A stretch of 64,000 bases of DNA, from NCBI GenBank assembly GCA_046331705.1, contig JAXLQJ010000024.1, forward strand, positions 1-64,000, read 5' to 3'. A program made the position numbers and the translations under genes. This document shows positions 9,074-18,593 of this stretch, piece after piece; position 1 is the stretch's first letter; each line of letters starts with the position of its first letter. Under the pieces are notes generated by a model. That model was given only the letters and a program-made list of their open reading frames with translations, was not told where the DNA came from and did not search any database. This DNA is from a bacterium (lineage in GTDB: Bacteria > JADJOY01).

Positions 9074-9366
9074 AGCGGAAGCACGTGGGCTCGAAGCTCG
9101 ACGAGCTGCTCGAAGAGGACGGCACCCTCGGTCCCGCCACCGAGATCGCGCTCAAGCGCGTGATCGCCTGGCAGATCGAGCGGGCCATGGCGAAGAGCCG
9201 GATGACCAAGACCGAGATGGCCCGACGCATGAGAACGAGCCGTGCAGCACTCCATCGACTGCTCGATCCGGCGAACCCATCGGTGACGCTCAGGACCATG
9301 GATCGAGCGGCAGCGGTGCTGGGGAAACGGCTGCGCGTCGAGCTGGTGGACGGGAAGGCAGCGTGA
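9070..9366 (+). CDS. XRE/HTH antitoxin (HigA-like)
   Basis: 'KHVGSKLDELLEEDG...KRVIAWQI..AM....TKTEMARRMRTSRAALHRLLDP.NPSVTL.T..RAA..LGKRL' matches the antitoxin family usually paired with Gp49-type toxins. Confidence 0.85.
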   Translation: MKRKHVGSKLDELLEEDGTLGPATEIALKRVIAWQIERAMAKSRMTKTEMARRMRTSRAALHRLLDPANPSVTLRTMDRAAAVLGKRLRVELVDGKAA

Positions 9367-9681
9367 CGGTCGGCTTGGCGACGGGATCGCCGAGCGCGGC
9401 TCTGCACGGCGGTCAGCCACGCGGGACTCGTCGCAGTCGAGGACGCCGGCCGGGCTTCTCCCTCAGCACCGCGAGCGCCAGGTCGATGTGCAGTAGAGCC
9501 GCGGAGCTCTCGTTGCGAGCGAGAGCCTTCTTCGCGCCTTCGAGCGCGGTGCGCAGCTGTGACAAATTTGTAACAAGCGGGCCCTGTTCGGGCCTGTTCA
9601 GCCCTACCTGGCCGTCTCCACCAGGTCCGAAATTGCTGGCTTTTGTTGGCTCGCGTAGGCTGGCGTACGGCGCCGAATCGC

Positions 9682-9704
9682 TTCGATTCCCGCCGCCTCC
9701 ACCA
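9682..9704 (+). mobile_element. Displaced tmRNA (ssrA) 3' end; probable attR of an integrated island
   Basis: TTCGATTCCCGCCGCCTCCACCA is a T-loop, 3' T-stem, acceptor strand CGCCTCC (pairs with the tmRNA 5' GGGGGCG including G3.U70) and ACCA. The 5' T-stem strand is absent. Confidence 0.75.
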
Positions 9705-9749
9705 CTTGACCGGCTGGAATCATTCGATTCCGGAGCCGCCGCACCAGCC

Positions 9750-9940
9750 GCTCTCGCCTCGACCTTGAGCCCGGGAGCCTTGTGGAGGTCGACGACCTCC
9801 AGGCGCGGGTCCGCGACCGGCTCTCCAGCGCTGGACACGGTGTCGCCGACGCGGAACCGTTGCTTCGTCTGCGCCGCCGTTCCGATACCGACGGTGAAGT
9901 TCCGCGGCTCGGGTATCCCCCGAATTACCGGCGAGTGATA
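9750..9940 (-). pseudogene. Fragment of a hypothetical protein
   Basis: Protein-like stretch 'FTVGIGTAAQTKQRFRVGDTVSSAGEPVADPRLEVVDLHK' with no credible start or end, abutting the att site. Confidence 0.35.
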
Positions 9941-10071
9941 CGGCGTGGGCGCGTTGGAGGATCTTGTCGTCCCAACGGATGCCGATGTATTCGAGGCCCA
10001 TGCCCAACGACCGAGCCCCGAGCACTCGCCGCGCACGGAGACCCAGCTCCACTCCGTCCGGCCGGCACACC

Positions 10072-11001
10072 GTGGCGAGCGTCGAGGACCCAGTCGGCGC
10101 CGAGATTGCGGAGCGATTCAGCAAGATTCGCTGCTACGAGCGAGGCGACGTTCGTGCGCCTCACAAGCCGCTCCTGCTGCTGCTTGCACTTGCTCGTGTT
10201 CAGCGACGCGAATCAAGGCTCATGCCCTACCGCGCCCTCGAGCCTGAGCTGCGGTCCCTTCTCGAGCAGTTCGGTCCACCGACGAAGCAGCAAGCACAGC
10301 CGGAGCTTCCGTTCTGGAAGCTGCAGAACGACGACCGTCTCTGGGAGGTCGACAAACATGCCGAGCTGCTCGAACTGACCCGAGATCGGAAGAAGCCGGA
10401 CTTCATCCCTGCGCCGCTGCTACGAACACAGAACCCGGACGCCGGCTTCCCGCCGGACTTGGATGCAGCGCTTCGGCAACGGCCTGCGTTGGTGAACGCG
10501 ATCGCTCAGAGCATTCTCGAAGCGAATTTTCCGCCGTCGCTGCATGAGGGGATTCTCGATGCGGTCGGCTTTCCTTGGGCGCCGGTGTCTGGACCGAGGC
10601 AACAACGAGACCCCGACTTCCGCCGCGTCGTCCTCCGAAACTACGAGTACCGATGCGCCGTCTGTGGCTACGACGGTCGCCTTGGCTCATCCCATCTCGG
10701 CATCGAAGCAGCCCACGTCCAGTGGCATGCGTTCCACGGTCCCGACGCTCCCGACAACGGGATCGCTCTCTGCACGTTTCACCACAAGGCGCTCGATCTT
10801 GGCGCGATCGGTTTGGACGAGTCGCGACGAATCCTTGTCTCCAGCGAGGTGAACGGAAGCAACGAGGTGAACTACCTCCTCCTTCGCCACGCGAACCGGT
10901 CGCTCCACCCGCCCCAGGCTGGGACTGCCCCACCTGCGATTCCTCACATCCAATGGCACGGTCGCGAAGTCTTCCGAAAGCCAGCTCGATCGAGCACCTG
11001 A
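10072..11001 (+). CDS. SBD-HNH type IV restriction endonuclease (phosphorothioated-DNA-binding family)
   Basis: 'RAPHKPLLLLLAL' and 'PELPFWKLQND..WE' (SBD-like), then 'RDPDFRRVVL.NY.YRCAVCG', 'EAAH', 'NGIALCTFHHKALDLG' (HNH). GTG start at 10072 is inferred. Confidence 0.8.
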   Translation: MASVEDPVGAEIAERFSKIRCYERGDVRAPHKPLLLLLALARVQRRESRLMPYRALEPELRSLLEQFGPPTKQQAQPELPFWKLQNDDRLWEVDKHAELLELTRDRKKPDFIPAPLLRTQNPDAGFPPDLDAALRQRPALVNAIAQSILEANFPPSLHEGILDAVGFPWAPVSGPRQQRDPDFRRVVLRNYEYRCAVCGYDGRLGSSHLGIEAAHVQWHAFHGPDAPDNGIALCTFHHKALDLGAIGLDESRRILVSSEVNGSNEVNYLLLRHANRSLHPPQAGTAPPAIPHIQWHGREVFRKPARSST

Positions 11002-11103
11002 CCCAGCCCTACAGCGTCCCTTCAGGTGCGAGTTGACGCGCGTGGTGCGGTGATTCAGAGTGCGGCGCCCCGATCGCGGGACGGTTCTCGCGCGAGATCT
11101 CTC

Positions 11104-12957
11104 GTGACTGTCGACGCCTTGCGCAGCCGCCGCCCCGCTCACCTCGCCCGAGTGGTGGTGTTGCTGGCGGGCCTTTGCGCGCCAGCGTCGGCGTCGGTCG
11201 CCGGCGAATCTCCCGCCACCGACGCGCCCGCGGATTCGCTGCCTGCGAACACCGGCGCTCCCGCCGACGCCGCCACCGCGGCGGGTGGCGCGAGCCCCGC
11301 GCGCGCGCCGCTACGTTACGACTTGAATGACGACATCCGTCTCGAGCTTGGCGGCTACTACCGCTTCCGTGTCACCGATCGCACGGAGATGCTGCTCTCG
11401 GAGATTCCGTTCGGCGCCCGCGCCGGCGAACGGGTGGTGTCCGAGAGCCAGGTTTCCACCGAGCACCGCTTGCGGCTGGAGCCGGTGGCGACCTTCTACG
11501 ACCAAGCGAGCGTGCACCTTCAGCTCGATGTCTTCACGGGGATGCTCTCGGGCGACACGTCGGGCCGCGAGTACATGTACTTCGCGCAGCCGCCGCAGCG
11601 CCTGAGCGAGATCGACGGCGGCGACTTCGACGACTTCGTGCCGACGCATCTTCGTCAGATCTACGGCCAGTGGAACTCGCCGGCGGGGCGCTTGGTGCTC
11701 GGCCGCACCGGCAGCGATTGGGGGCTCGGGCTCTTGGCGTCGAACGGTGGCGACGCACCGCGTACCCACGGGCGCAACGACTTCGGCGACGCGTACTACG
11801 GCGACATCGTCGACCGCGCGCTCTTCGCCACCAAGCCGCTCAGCGTGGTGCAGGCACTCGCGGGCGGGCAGCCGAACGCAGACGCAGACCCGCTCGTCCT
11901 CGCCTTCGCCTACGACTGGAACGTGGTGCGCGACAGCCTGGTGCGCACGGAGCAAGACAAGCGCGATCTGCTCCGCGCTTCCACGCCTGGTAGCACCATC
12001 GAGCTCGTCGCCGATCCCGAGGACGACGATGCCCACCAGTGGATCGGCGCGGTGCGCGTCGACACCCAACCGTTCGAGGGCGGCTTCTACGCGGCGCGCC
12101 GCGAGCTCGAGCGGCAAGACGTGCTGGTCCCGCCCGGCAGTCGCCCGCGCGACGAGTTCCTGCGGGTCTGGGCGTTCGACGCGTACGCGAAGCTCGACGC
12201 GCGCCCGGCTTTCCTCGGCGGCGGCTCGCTCTACGCGGAAAGCGAGCTGGCGTTCGTCACCGGCGAGACCAACCTCACGGTGTCACGCGTGCTCCAGTCG
12301 CCCAACACGCCCTTCCCCGCGAGCGACGTCGAGCAACTCGGCGTGATCGCCCGCGGCGGCGTGCTCCTCGACTCCTTCGACCTGATCCTCGAAGGCGGCT
12401 ACGCCTCGGGCGACGCCGATCCCTTCGACGACGAGGTCCGAAACTTCCGCTTCCATCCCGACCTCAACGTCGGGCTGATCCTCTTCGAGAGCCTGCTCGC
12501 CGAGACCTCGGCGACCTCCGCGCGAAACGCCGTGCTGGTCTTCGGCGAAGGCGGCCCGGTGCGAACGCTTGGCGCGGATCTGCTCGCCACCAACGGCGGC
12601 GTCACCAACGCAGTCTTCTTGAGCCCGCGGGTGCGGATACGCCCGTGGTCCACACTCGAAGGCGTGCTCGGCGTGCTGTGGGCGCGTACCGCCACCGATT
12701 ACGTCGATCCCGCCAACGACTTCATCCAGAGCGGGGCGTTCGGGCTCTTCAATCCGTTCGGCGCGCCGTCCTCGAATCGCGAGCTCGGAGTCGAGATCGA
12801 TCTCGCGCTGCGCTACACGTTCGAGCCCACGTGGTCGAGCGTCGAGGTGGGCCTCGAATACGGCCATCTCTTCCCGGGCAACGTCTTCGAGAACGTCGAC
12901 GGCGATCGCATGGACGACGTCGACCTCGTCCGCGGGCGCCTCACCTTTCGGCTCTGA
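11104..12957 (+). CDS. Outer-membrane beta-barrel protein (alginate-export/porin-like)
   Basis: Signal-like hydrophobic segment, amphipathic strands, 'GRTGSDWGLGLLASNGG', C-terminal strand 'RGRLTFRL'. Start uncertain. Confidence 0.65.
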   Translation: MTVDALRSRRPAHLARVVVLLAGLCAPASASVAGESPATDAPADSLPANTGAPADAATAAGGASPARAPLRYDLNDDIRLELGGYYRFRVTDRTEMLLSEIPFGARAGERVVSESQVSTEHRLRLEPVATFYDQASVHLQLDVFTGMLSGDTSGREYMYFAQPPQRLSEIDGGDFDDFVPTHLRQIYGQWNSPAGRLVLGRTGSDWGLGLLASNGGDAPRTHGRNDFGDAYYGDIVDRALFATKPLSVVQALAGGQPNADADPLVLAFAYDWNVVRDSLVRTEQDKRDLLRASTPGSTIELVADPEDDDAHQWIGAVRVDTQPFEGGFYAARRELERQDVLVPPGSRPRDEFLRVWAFDAYAKLDARPAFLGGGSLYAESELAFVTGETNLTVSRVLQSPNTPFPASDVEQLGVIARGGVLLDSFDLILEGGYASGDADPFDDEVRNFRFHPDLNVGLILFESLLAETSATSARNAVLVFGEGGPVRTLGADLLATNGGVTNAVFLSPRVRIRPWSTLEGVLGVLWARTATDYVDPANDFIQSGAFGLFNPFGAPSSNRELGVEIDLALRYTFEPTWSSVEVGLEYGHLFPGNVFENVDGDRMDDVDLVRGRLTFRL

Positions 12958-13024
12958 CCGGCATCATTCACCAACGGCGCGCTGCGGCCGCGACGGAGCG
13001 CGGCCCTCCAGGGCGATTGCGCGT

Positions 13025-16000
13025 TCAGTCTTTCCAGGGGCAGCCGTCCGCGAACGAGCTGACCAGGATCTCGCGCGACGGGTCCTTCGGATCGGGCTGC
13101 CAGCTGCGCTGGATCCGGCAATCCCACTCGGGACGCCACTCGCTCCCGGCGGCACCAAGGAAGGCCCCCATCTGCCCTTGGGACGACTGGGTGTAGACGC
13201 CGTAGTAGCCAGGCGCGTAGTCCGGCGACGGTCGGGGCAACGCGTGGTACTCGTGACGCTTGCCGAAGGGCAGCCTGAGCGCGGCGCGCCCGTTGCCGGT
13301 GTCCACCGGCGGGAACGGCGCCAGCGGATTCACCGCGTCCTCGCGGCAGAGCCGGCAATACGGCGAGTCGTCGCCGTCGGCGCACGTGAAGTCGCGGCTC
13401 TCGACGCGCGGCATCGTGCAGTTGTTGCCGTCGGCGTCCTCGGGGTCGTAAAGCGGGAACCCAAACGGCGACTCCGGGCGATCCAGACCCAAGAGCACCT
13501 CACGCTCGGTGAGCCAATCGTTCTTCGCGAGCAGCGCGGCGAGATCGTCGCCCGGTTTCCCGAGCAAGCCCGCGGCGCGCGCCAGCGCGAGCTGGTTGTT
13601 GATCGGCACCGTCAGGTCGCCGGGATCGGTGAGCTGCAAGACGTTCTTCGCCGGCCACCCCTCGGGCCGATCGACGAACCAGCGCACGCCGTAGTTGATG
13701 GGATCGGCGGGCTCGAGCGTCATCTGCGCCAGGCTCACGAAGCGGCGGAAGCGTGGCGTGTTGCGATCGAGACCGAAGCCGCGGAGCGGCGATGTCACCT
13801 GAAGCTCGCCGACGAGGGTCCCGCCAGCGTCGAATGATTGGAGCGAGACGGGGTCGCCCTCGTCCGCCGCGACGCCGATGACGAAGCCGCCATCGGCCAT
13901 CACGTCGGCCCACTTCTCTTCGCCGTTCACGAGGTTCCGCCCGTGGATGCGCCCTCCGGCGCGCGTCGCGATCGTCCCCAGATCGAAGCGCCGCAAGTTG
14001 TTCTCGGCGCGCACGCTCATTTGGCCGGCGCCGCCTGCGCCGCCCGCCGGCTCACCGATGAAGACCGGTCCCAGCACCTCGTAGTAGATCCGGTACATCA
14101 CGTCCTTGAGATCGCTGCGCAGCATGACGTCGGTGAGCCCGCCGCCGGGAACCACCGGCGCGCCGGCGACGATGCGGCGCTCGGCGCCGATCATCACGCT
14201 GCTCACGATCCCACCCAGCGAGATGCCGGTCTGGAAGTAGCGCTGCGGCGCCGCGGCCACCGCGGGTTTCGCGCCCTCGGCATACGGCGCGTAGAGCGTG
14301 GTGCCACCCACGTCGAGGACGCCGTCCATGTTGAAGTCGCCGGCACCCAAATGGCGGAACGCCTCCTCGGGGGAGAGCTTGGCAGGCGGTGTCGACGGCG
14401 CCGGTGGCACTTGCGCCTGATCGAAGTGCTCGAGAATGCGCAGCAAGCGCATCAGGTCGATGACCGTCTGGCGCACCACGTCGCGGGTCTTGAAGGTGTC
14501 CGCGCTCCAGAAGTTGGCGCCGTTGTCGGGATAGCCGTCGCCGCTCAAGTCGACGGCGCGGCCTTGAACGCCGAGCGCGTCGAAGAATCCGACCTTGAGC
14601 AGGTTGTCGACGATCTCTTCAGGCGTGTCGCCCACCGGCTTCGTGCCGAAGATCCGCGACAGGAGCCGCAACACGGCCTCCTGCAGAGACGGCGGCAGGC
14701 CTTCGAAGAGATCCAGGATGTCCTTGCGGCTCAGGATCGGACCGTGCCCCACTGCGTCGATCGCCATCACGGCGACGCCGTTCTTCGCCAGCGCGTTCGC
14801 CGACGCGATCGCCTCGAAGCGGATGCTCTGGTTGCCGTGGCAGTAGAGCGCCACCGGGAAGGGCGGCTGGTGCGCGGCGGTGGCCTTGGGAACGCACAGG
14901 ATGAACGGCACCTCCTCGACGCCCACCGTGGCGCGGCCGGTTGCGAGATCGATGTCGAAGAGCTCGTCGGGCGTGGCGCGGAAATTGGTGGTCTGGTACT
15001 GGCCGAGCACGCAGTAGTCGACGTTCTCGAAGGAGAGCATCGCATCGCCGATCTCGGGGAAGAGCGGCGTCACGATCTCGAGCAGCTCGCCGAACACATT
15101 GACGTCGAGCAGGTACGGATTCTTGATGCCCGGCGCCACTTCCTTTTCCAGGAACGGCACGCCGAGGGACGTGACTTCGCTCAAGACCGGCGGGAACTCC
15201 GCCTGCAGATGGCCGAGCGAGCCCTGGCCGTCGAGGCCCGCGGCCACTCCGTCGAAGACGTCCGAGATCGACTGAGTGGTGAAGGACCAGGCGAACGCGA
15301 TGTCGTCGGCGCCGACGCCCGCCTGCGCCAGGAACGGCAGCGCACCGCGCACGGCGTCGACCTGTGTCGCGTGAGCGGTGTACGGAAAATTCTCGGGAGC
15401 GCACGCCGCACCGCCGTTGCGGTCCTGCACGCTCTTGGTCACGACCATCACGTATTGCGTCTTGGGGCGAAGCGGCAGGATGGGCCGCAGGATCAGCGTG
15501 TTGGTTTCCTTCTCGTAGAAGGAGAGCAGCTCGGGAACGCCGTCGCCGTCGAGGTCCTCGCGGTTGTCGGGGCGGAACGCGAGCTGCTCGTCGATCTCCT
15601 CGCCTTGGAAGAACGCTTGCGTCTCGCCGCGCGCGTTGGTGCCGTACGTGTACGGCGGAAACGAGCGTCCGCCTGGTGGGAACGGGAAGCCCTGGATGCG
15701 GATCGGGAAGTTGGCGCTGTTGCGGGTGTCGAGCGGCGCGAATCGGCTCCCCCAATACGGCTCGGTGGCGCCGAGATCGACGAGCAGCACGCTGTTGGCC
15801 CCCGGCTCGCCGAGCCGTGTGGGATCGCTGGTGATGGTGTGTAGGTCGATCGGATGGTCGACATCGAATGCGACGCTGATCGGCGCGAAGGTCCCCCAGC
15901 CGTCGAGCGACGAGAGCCCGCGCCGCACCGCCTGCTCGAAGACCGTGGGTGCAAAGATCCGCACGTTCACGCGCCGGCCGGTGGGCGAGCTGGTGTCGAT

Positions 16001-16222
16001 CACCGTCGCGACGTCGTTGGGCAGCGGCACCTCGGGCGTGTGCTCGGTGAGCGGATCGAAGATCACCCGCGGACCGCCTTCGCAGCTCGCGGTCAGCTCG
16101 GCCGGCTCGAGCGAGCCACCGTCACCGCAACCCGCGAACGCGAGCAGCACGGCCGCGAGCGCCGCACCAACGAGACCACGACGGATGTGAATCGAGATGG
16201 CGGGTTGGTGTTCGCGAGACAT
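13025..16222 (-). CDS. Large lipoprotein, alpha/beta-hydrolase (lipase-like) with Ig-like N-terminal region
   Basis: Lipobox 'LAFAGC', 'PLPNDV', 'LDGWGTFAPI', 'LYCHG', 'AIDAVGHG', nucleophile elbow 'GISLGG'. ATG at 16222. Confidence 0.75.
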   Translation of the reverse strand: MSREHQPAISIHIRRGLVGAALAAVLLAFAGCGDGGSLEPAELTASCEGGPRVIFDPLTEHTPEVPLPNDVATVIDTSSPTGRRVNVRIFAPTVFEQAVRRGLSSLDGWGTFAPISVAFDVDHPIDLHTITSDPTRLGEPGANSVLLVDLGATEPYWGSRFAPLDTRNSANFPIRIQGFPFPPGGRSFPPYTYGTNARGETQAFFQGEEIDEQLAFRPDNREDLDGDGVPELLSFYEKETNTLILRPILPLRPKTQYVMVVTKSVQDRNGGAACAPENFPYTAHATQVDAVRGALPFLAQAGVGADDIAFAWSFTTQSISDVFDGVAAGLDGQGSLGHLQAEFPPVLSEVTSLGVPFLEKEVAPGIKNPYLLDVNVFGELLEIVTPLFPEIGDAMLSFENVDYCVLGQYQTTNFRATPDELFDIDLATGRATVGVEEVPFILCVPKATAAHQPPFPVALYCHGNQSIRFEAIASANALAKNGVAVMAIDAVGHGPILSRKDILDLFEGLPPSLQEAVLRLLSRIFGTKPVGDTPEEIVDNLLKVGFFDALGVQGRAVDLSGDGYPDNGANFWSADTFKTRDVVRQTVIDLMRLLRILEHFDQAQVPPAPSTPPAKLSPEEAFRHLGAGDFNMDGVLDVGGTTLYAPYAEGAKPAVAAAPQRYFQTGISLGGIVSSVMIGAERRIVAGAPVVPGGGLTDVMLRSDLKDVMYRIYYEVLGPVFIGEPAGGAGGAGQMSVRAENNLRRFDLGTIATRAGGRIHGRNLVNGEEKWADVMADGGFVIGVAADEGDPVSLQSFDAGGTLVGELQVTSPLRGFGLDRNTPRFRRFVSLAQMTLEPADPINYGVRWFVDRPEGWPAKNVLQLTDPGDLTVPINNQLALARAAGLLGKPGDDLAALLAKNDWLTEREVLLGLDRPESPFGFPLYDPEDADGNNCTMPRVESRDFTCADGDDSPYCRLCREDAVNPLAPFPPVDTGNGRAALRLPFGKRHEYHALPRPSPDYAPGYYGVYTQSSQGQMGAFLGAAGSEWRPEWDCRIQRSWQPDPKDPSREILVSSFADGCPWKD

Positions 16223-16390
16223 GGTCGTCGTCGAAAGGAATGGCGTTGAGCGGCGGCAAGATGACGGAGGCGCCACGACTCCGTCCAGCACGGTGACGAG
16301 ACTCGAAGGGTCCCATGAATGCCCGGCGGGCGATCCGCGGCCGTGATCGTTCGGTGGCAAGTCCGCCGCGAAGCGAGGATGATGTGCGCG

Positions 16391-18550
16391 ATGCACGGGC
16401 CCCGGCCGGAATCCTCGTCTCCGGGGCCGCGATGGATCGTCGCTGCCGCCGCGGTGCTTTGCGTCTCGAGCGCGTGCGGCTCGTCGTCGCACGAATCCGA
16501 CCCGCCGCTCGTCGTGGCGCAGCATTGCGTGTCGGTGCGCGTGGGGAATGGCAAGGGTCGGCTCGCTGCGGGCCTGGACGGGCGCTATTCGCTCGTGTCC
16601 TCCCTCGATGACGCCGATCGCTTCTTCGCCAAGCCGTCACGTCTCGGCAGATTCTTGCTTTACGACCAGGCGTCGGGATTCCTGGGCGCCGATGCCAACG
16701 GCCTCGAGCGTCTCGCCGAGCCCGACGACTCGGCGGAATGGACGCTCGCCGACCGCACCCTCGTGGGAGCGGAATTCGACGGCGAACCCCTCACGCTGGA
16801 GTCGCGTCCCGATACCGACTGCCGCCCCTTCCCCGAGGCCGCCCTCGACGCCGAGGTCTCACCCGACCGTTCGTTGCCGCGCGATCCGTCGAAGCCCGTC
16901 TTCGGCTTCGCCGACCTCCACGCGCACTTCGGCTTTCCGGCGACGATGGGCGGCGTGGTGATGGCAGGCAGCGGTTTCCATCGCTTCGGGATCGAGCACG
17001 CCCTCGCGGACTGCTCGTACCTGCACGGCAACAACGGCGCGCTCGACCTGCTCGAATCGCAGGTGGCCGGCGGCCAGCATGCGACGGCGGGCTATCCGTC
17101 GTTTCCCTACTGGCCCAACCGCCTCACGGCGACTCACATGCTCACCTATTGGCGCTGGATCGAGCGCGCGCACCTCGCCGGTCTGCAGCTCGTGGTCACC
17201 GACGCCACCGGCAACCGCAGCTACTGCCAGATCATGAGCGCCACCCATCGCGGGCAGAGCAACGGGGACTGCAGCGCCCACGACGAGACCACGCGCCAGG
17301 TCGACTACATCTGGGCGCTCCAGGACTACGTGGACGCGCAGGCGGGCGGCCCCGGCTTGGGCTGGTTCCGCGTGGTGCGCTCACCCGCCGAGGCGCGCCA
17401 GGTGATCGCGGAAGGCAAGCTCGCGGTGGTGCTCGGCATCGAGTACAGCGAGCTCTTCGATTGCCGCGAGGGCGACCCACGCTGCACGCCCGAGTACGTG
17501 GACGCCGAGCTGCAAGCGGTCCACGACCGCGGTGTGCGCTCGCTCTTCCCCATTCACCGGTTCGACAACGCATTCGGCGGCACCCGGCCGGATGGAGGGT
17601 CGTTCGGGGCCTGGATGAACCTGACCAGCAAGATCTCGACCAGTGGTCTCGACCAGGCGCTCGCGCTCTTCGATCCGTTCCAGCACGGCGCCATCGGCGG
17701 ACATTTCTGGGAGCTCGAGGCTTGTCCAGCAGGCGTGCGAGGGACGCCCCGAATGCGGAGCATGGAGGCGTTCGTCGACGACGATCTCGCTTTCGTGCGC
17801 CAGGCGCTGCTCGGCATTCCGGTGATCGGTCCCACGATCGCCGCGACGCTCGACACGGTCATCCGTGAGCGTCTCGCTCCGCTCGACGACTACGCGGACT
17901 TCCAGGGCGACGTGGGCGGCTGCAACCCGCGCGCCCTCACGGACATCGGACGGCATCTCCTCGACCGCATGATGGATCTCGGCATGATCATCGAGATCGA
18001 TCACACGAGCCAGACCACCCTCGCCGGGATGCTCGAAGCGGCCGAGGCGCGCGGCTACTCGGGGATCGTCTCCTCCCACGCGTGGCTCGAAGACCAGGAG
18101 GACATTCGCCAGAGGATCTTCGCGCTGGGCGGCGTGATGGCGCCATTCAACAGCACACCCGCGGGAATTGCCGATCGGGTCGCGCAGTACCGCGCGAGCA
18201 TGGCGCCGTTTCCGTTCGCGCTCGGCGTCGGCATCGGCACCGACGTGCAGGGGATTGCCGGCCAGTCCGAAGCGGGGCCGGGAGTCGAGATTCACTACCC
18301 GTTCACGTCGGTGGACGGCGAAGTGACGTTCACGCGCCCGCGCACCGGCGATCGCACCTTCGACTTCATGACCGAGGGCATGGCCCACTACGGGCTCTTC
18401 CCCGAGTGGATCGAGGGATTGCGCCAGGTGAGCGCCGCGCGCGGCGATGGCACCCTCGATACCTTCTTCCACTCCGCCGAGGCCTATCTCCAGATGTGGG
18501 AGCGCGCCGAAGCCACGGCAGCAGAGTCTGCGCGCCGCGCTTCTCGGTGA
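16391..18550 (+). CDS. Secreted amidohydrolase / membrane dipeptidase (M19-like) lipoprotein
   Basis: Lipobox-like 'SSAC'; metal motifs 'FADLHAH', 'LGIE', 'PIHRFDN', 'IEIDH', 'SSH', 'GTD'; 'GMAHYGLFPEW'. Start uncertain (16379-16391). Confidence 0.75.
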   Translation: MHGPRPESSSPGPRWIVAAAAVLCVSSACGSSSHESDPPLVVAQHCVSVRVGNGKGRLAAGLDGRYSLVSSLDDADRFFAKPSRLGRFLLYDQASGFLGADANGLERLAEPDDSAEWTLADRTLVGAEFDGEPLTLESRPDTDCRPFPEAALDAEVSPDRSLPRDPSKPVFGFADLHAHFGFPATMGGVVMAGSGFHRFGIEHALADCSYLHGNNGALDLLESQVAGGQHATAGYPSFPYWPNRLTATHMLTYWRWIERAHLAGLQLVVTDATGNRSYCQIMSATHRGQSNGDCSAHDETTRQVDYIWALQDYVDAQAGGPGLGWFRVVRSPAEARQVIAEGKLAVVLGIEYSELFDCREGDPRCTPEYVDAELQAVHDRGVRSLFPIHRFDNAFGGTRPDGGSFGAWMNLTSKISTSGLDQALALFDPFQHGAIGGHFWELEACPAGVRGTPRMRSMEAFVDDDLAFVRQALLGIPVIGPTIAATLDTVIRERLAPLDDYADFQGDVGGCNPRALTDIGRHLLDRMMDLGMIIEIDHTSQTTLAGMLEAAEARGYSGIVSSHAWLEDQEDIRQRIFALGGVMAPFNSTPAGIADRVAQYRASMAPFPFALGVGIGTDVQGIAGQSEAGPGVEIHYPFTSVDGEVTFTRPRTGDRTFDFMTEGMAHYGLFPEWIEGLRQVSAARGDGTLDTFFHSAEAYLQMWERAEATAAESARRASR

Positions 18551-18593
18551 CGCATCCCGAGGATCACCTGCGCGAGTCCAGTAGTATCGCGCC

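Noticed and set aside
9640-9704. Intact tRNA or tmRNA gene
   Set aside because: Only the T-loop through CCA is present. The upstream sequence cannot form the T-stem or acceptor stem.
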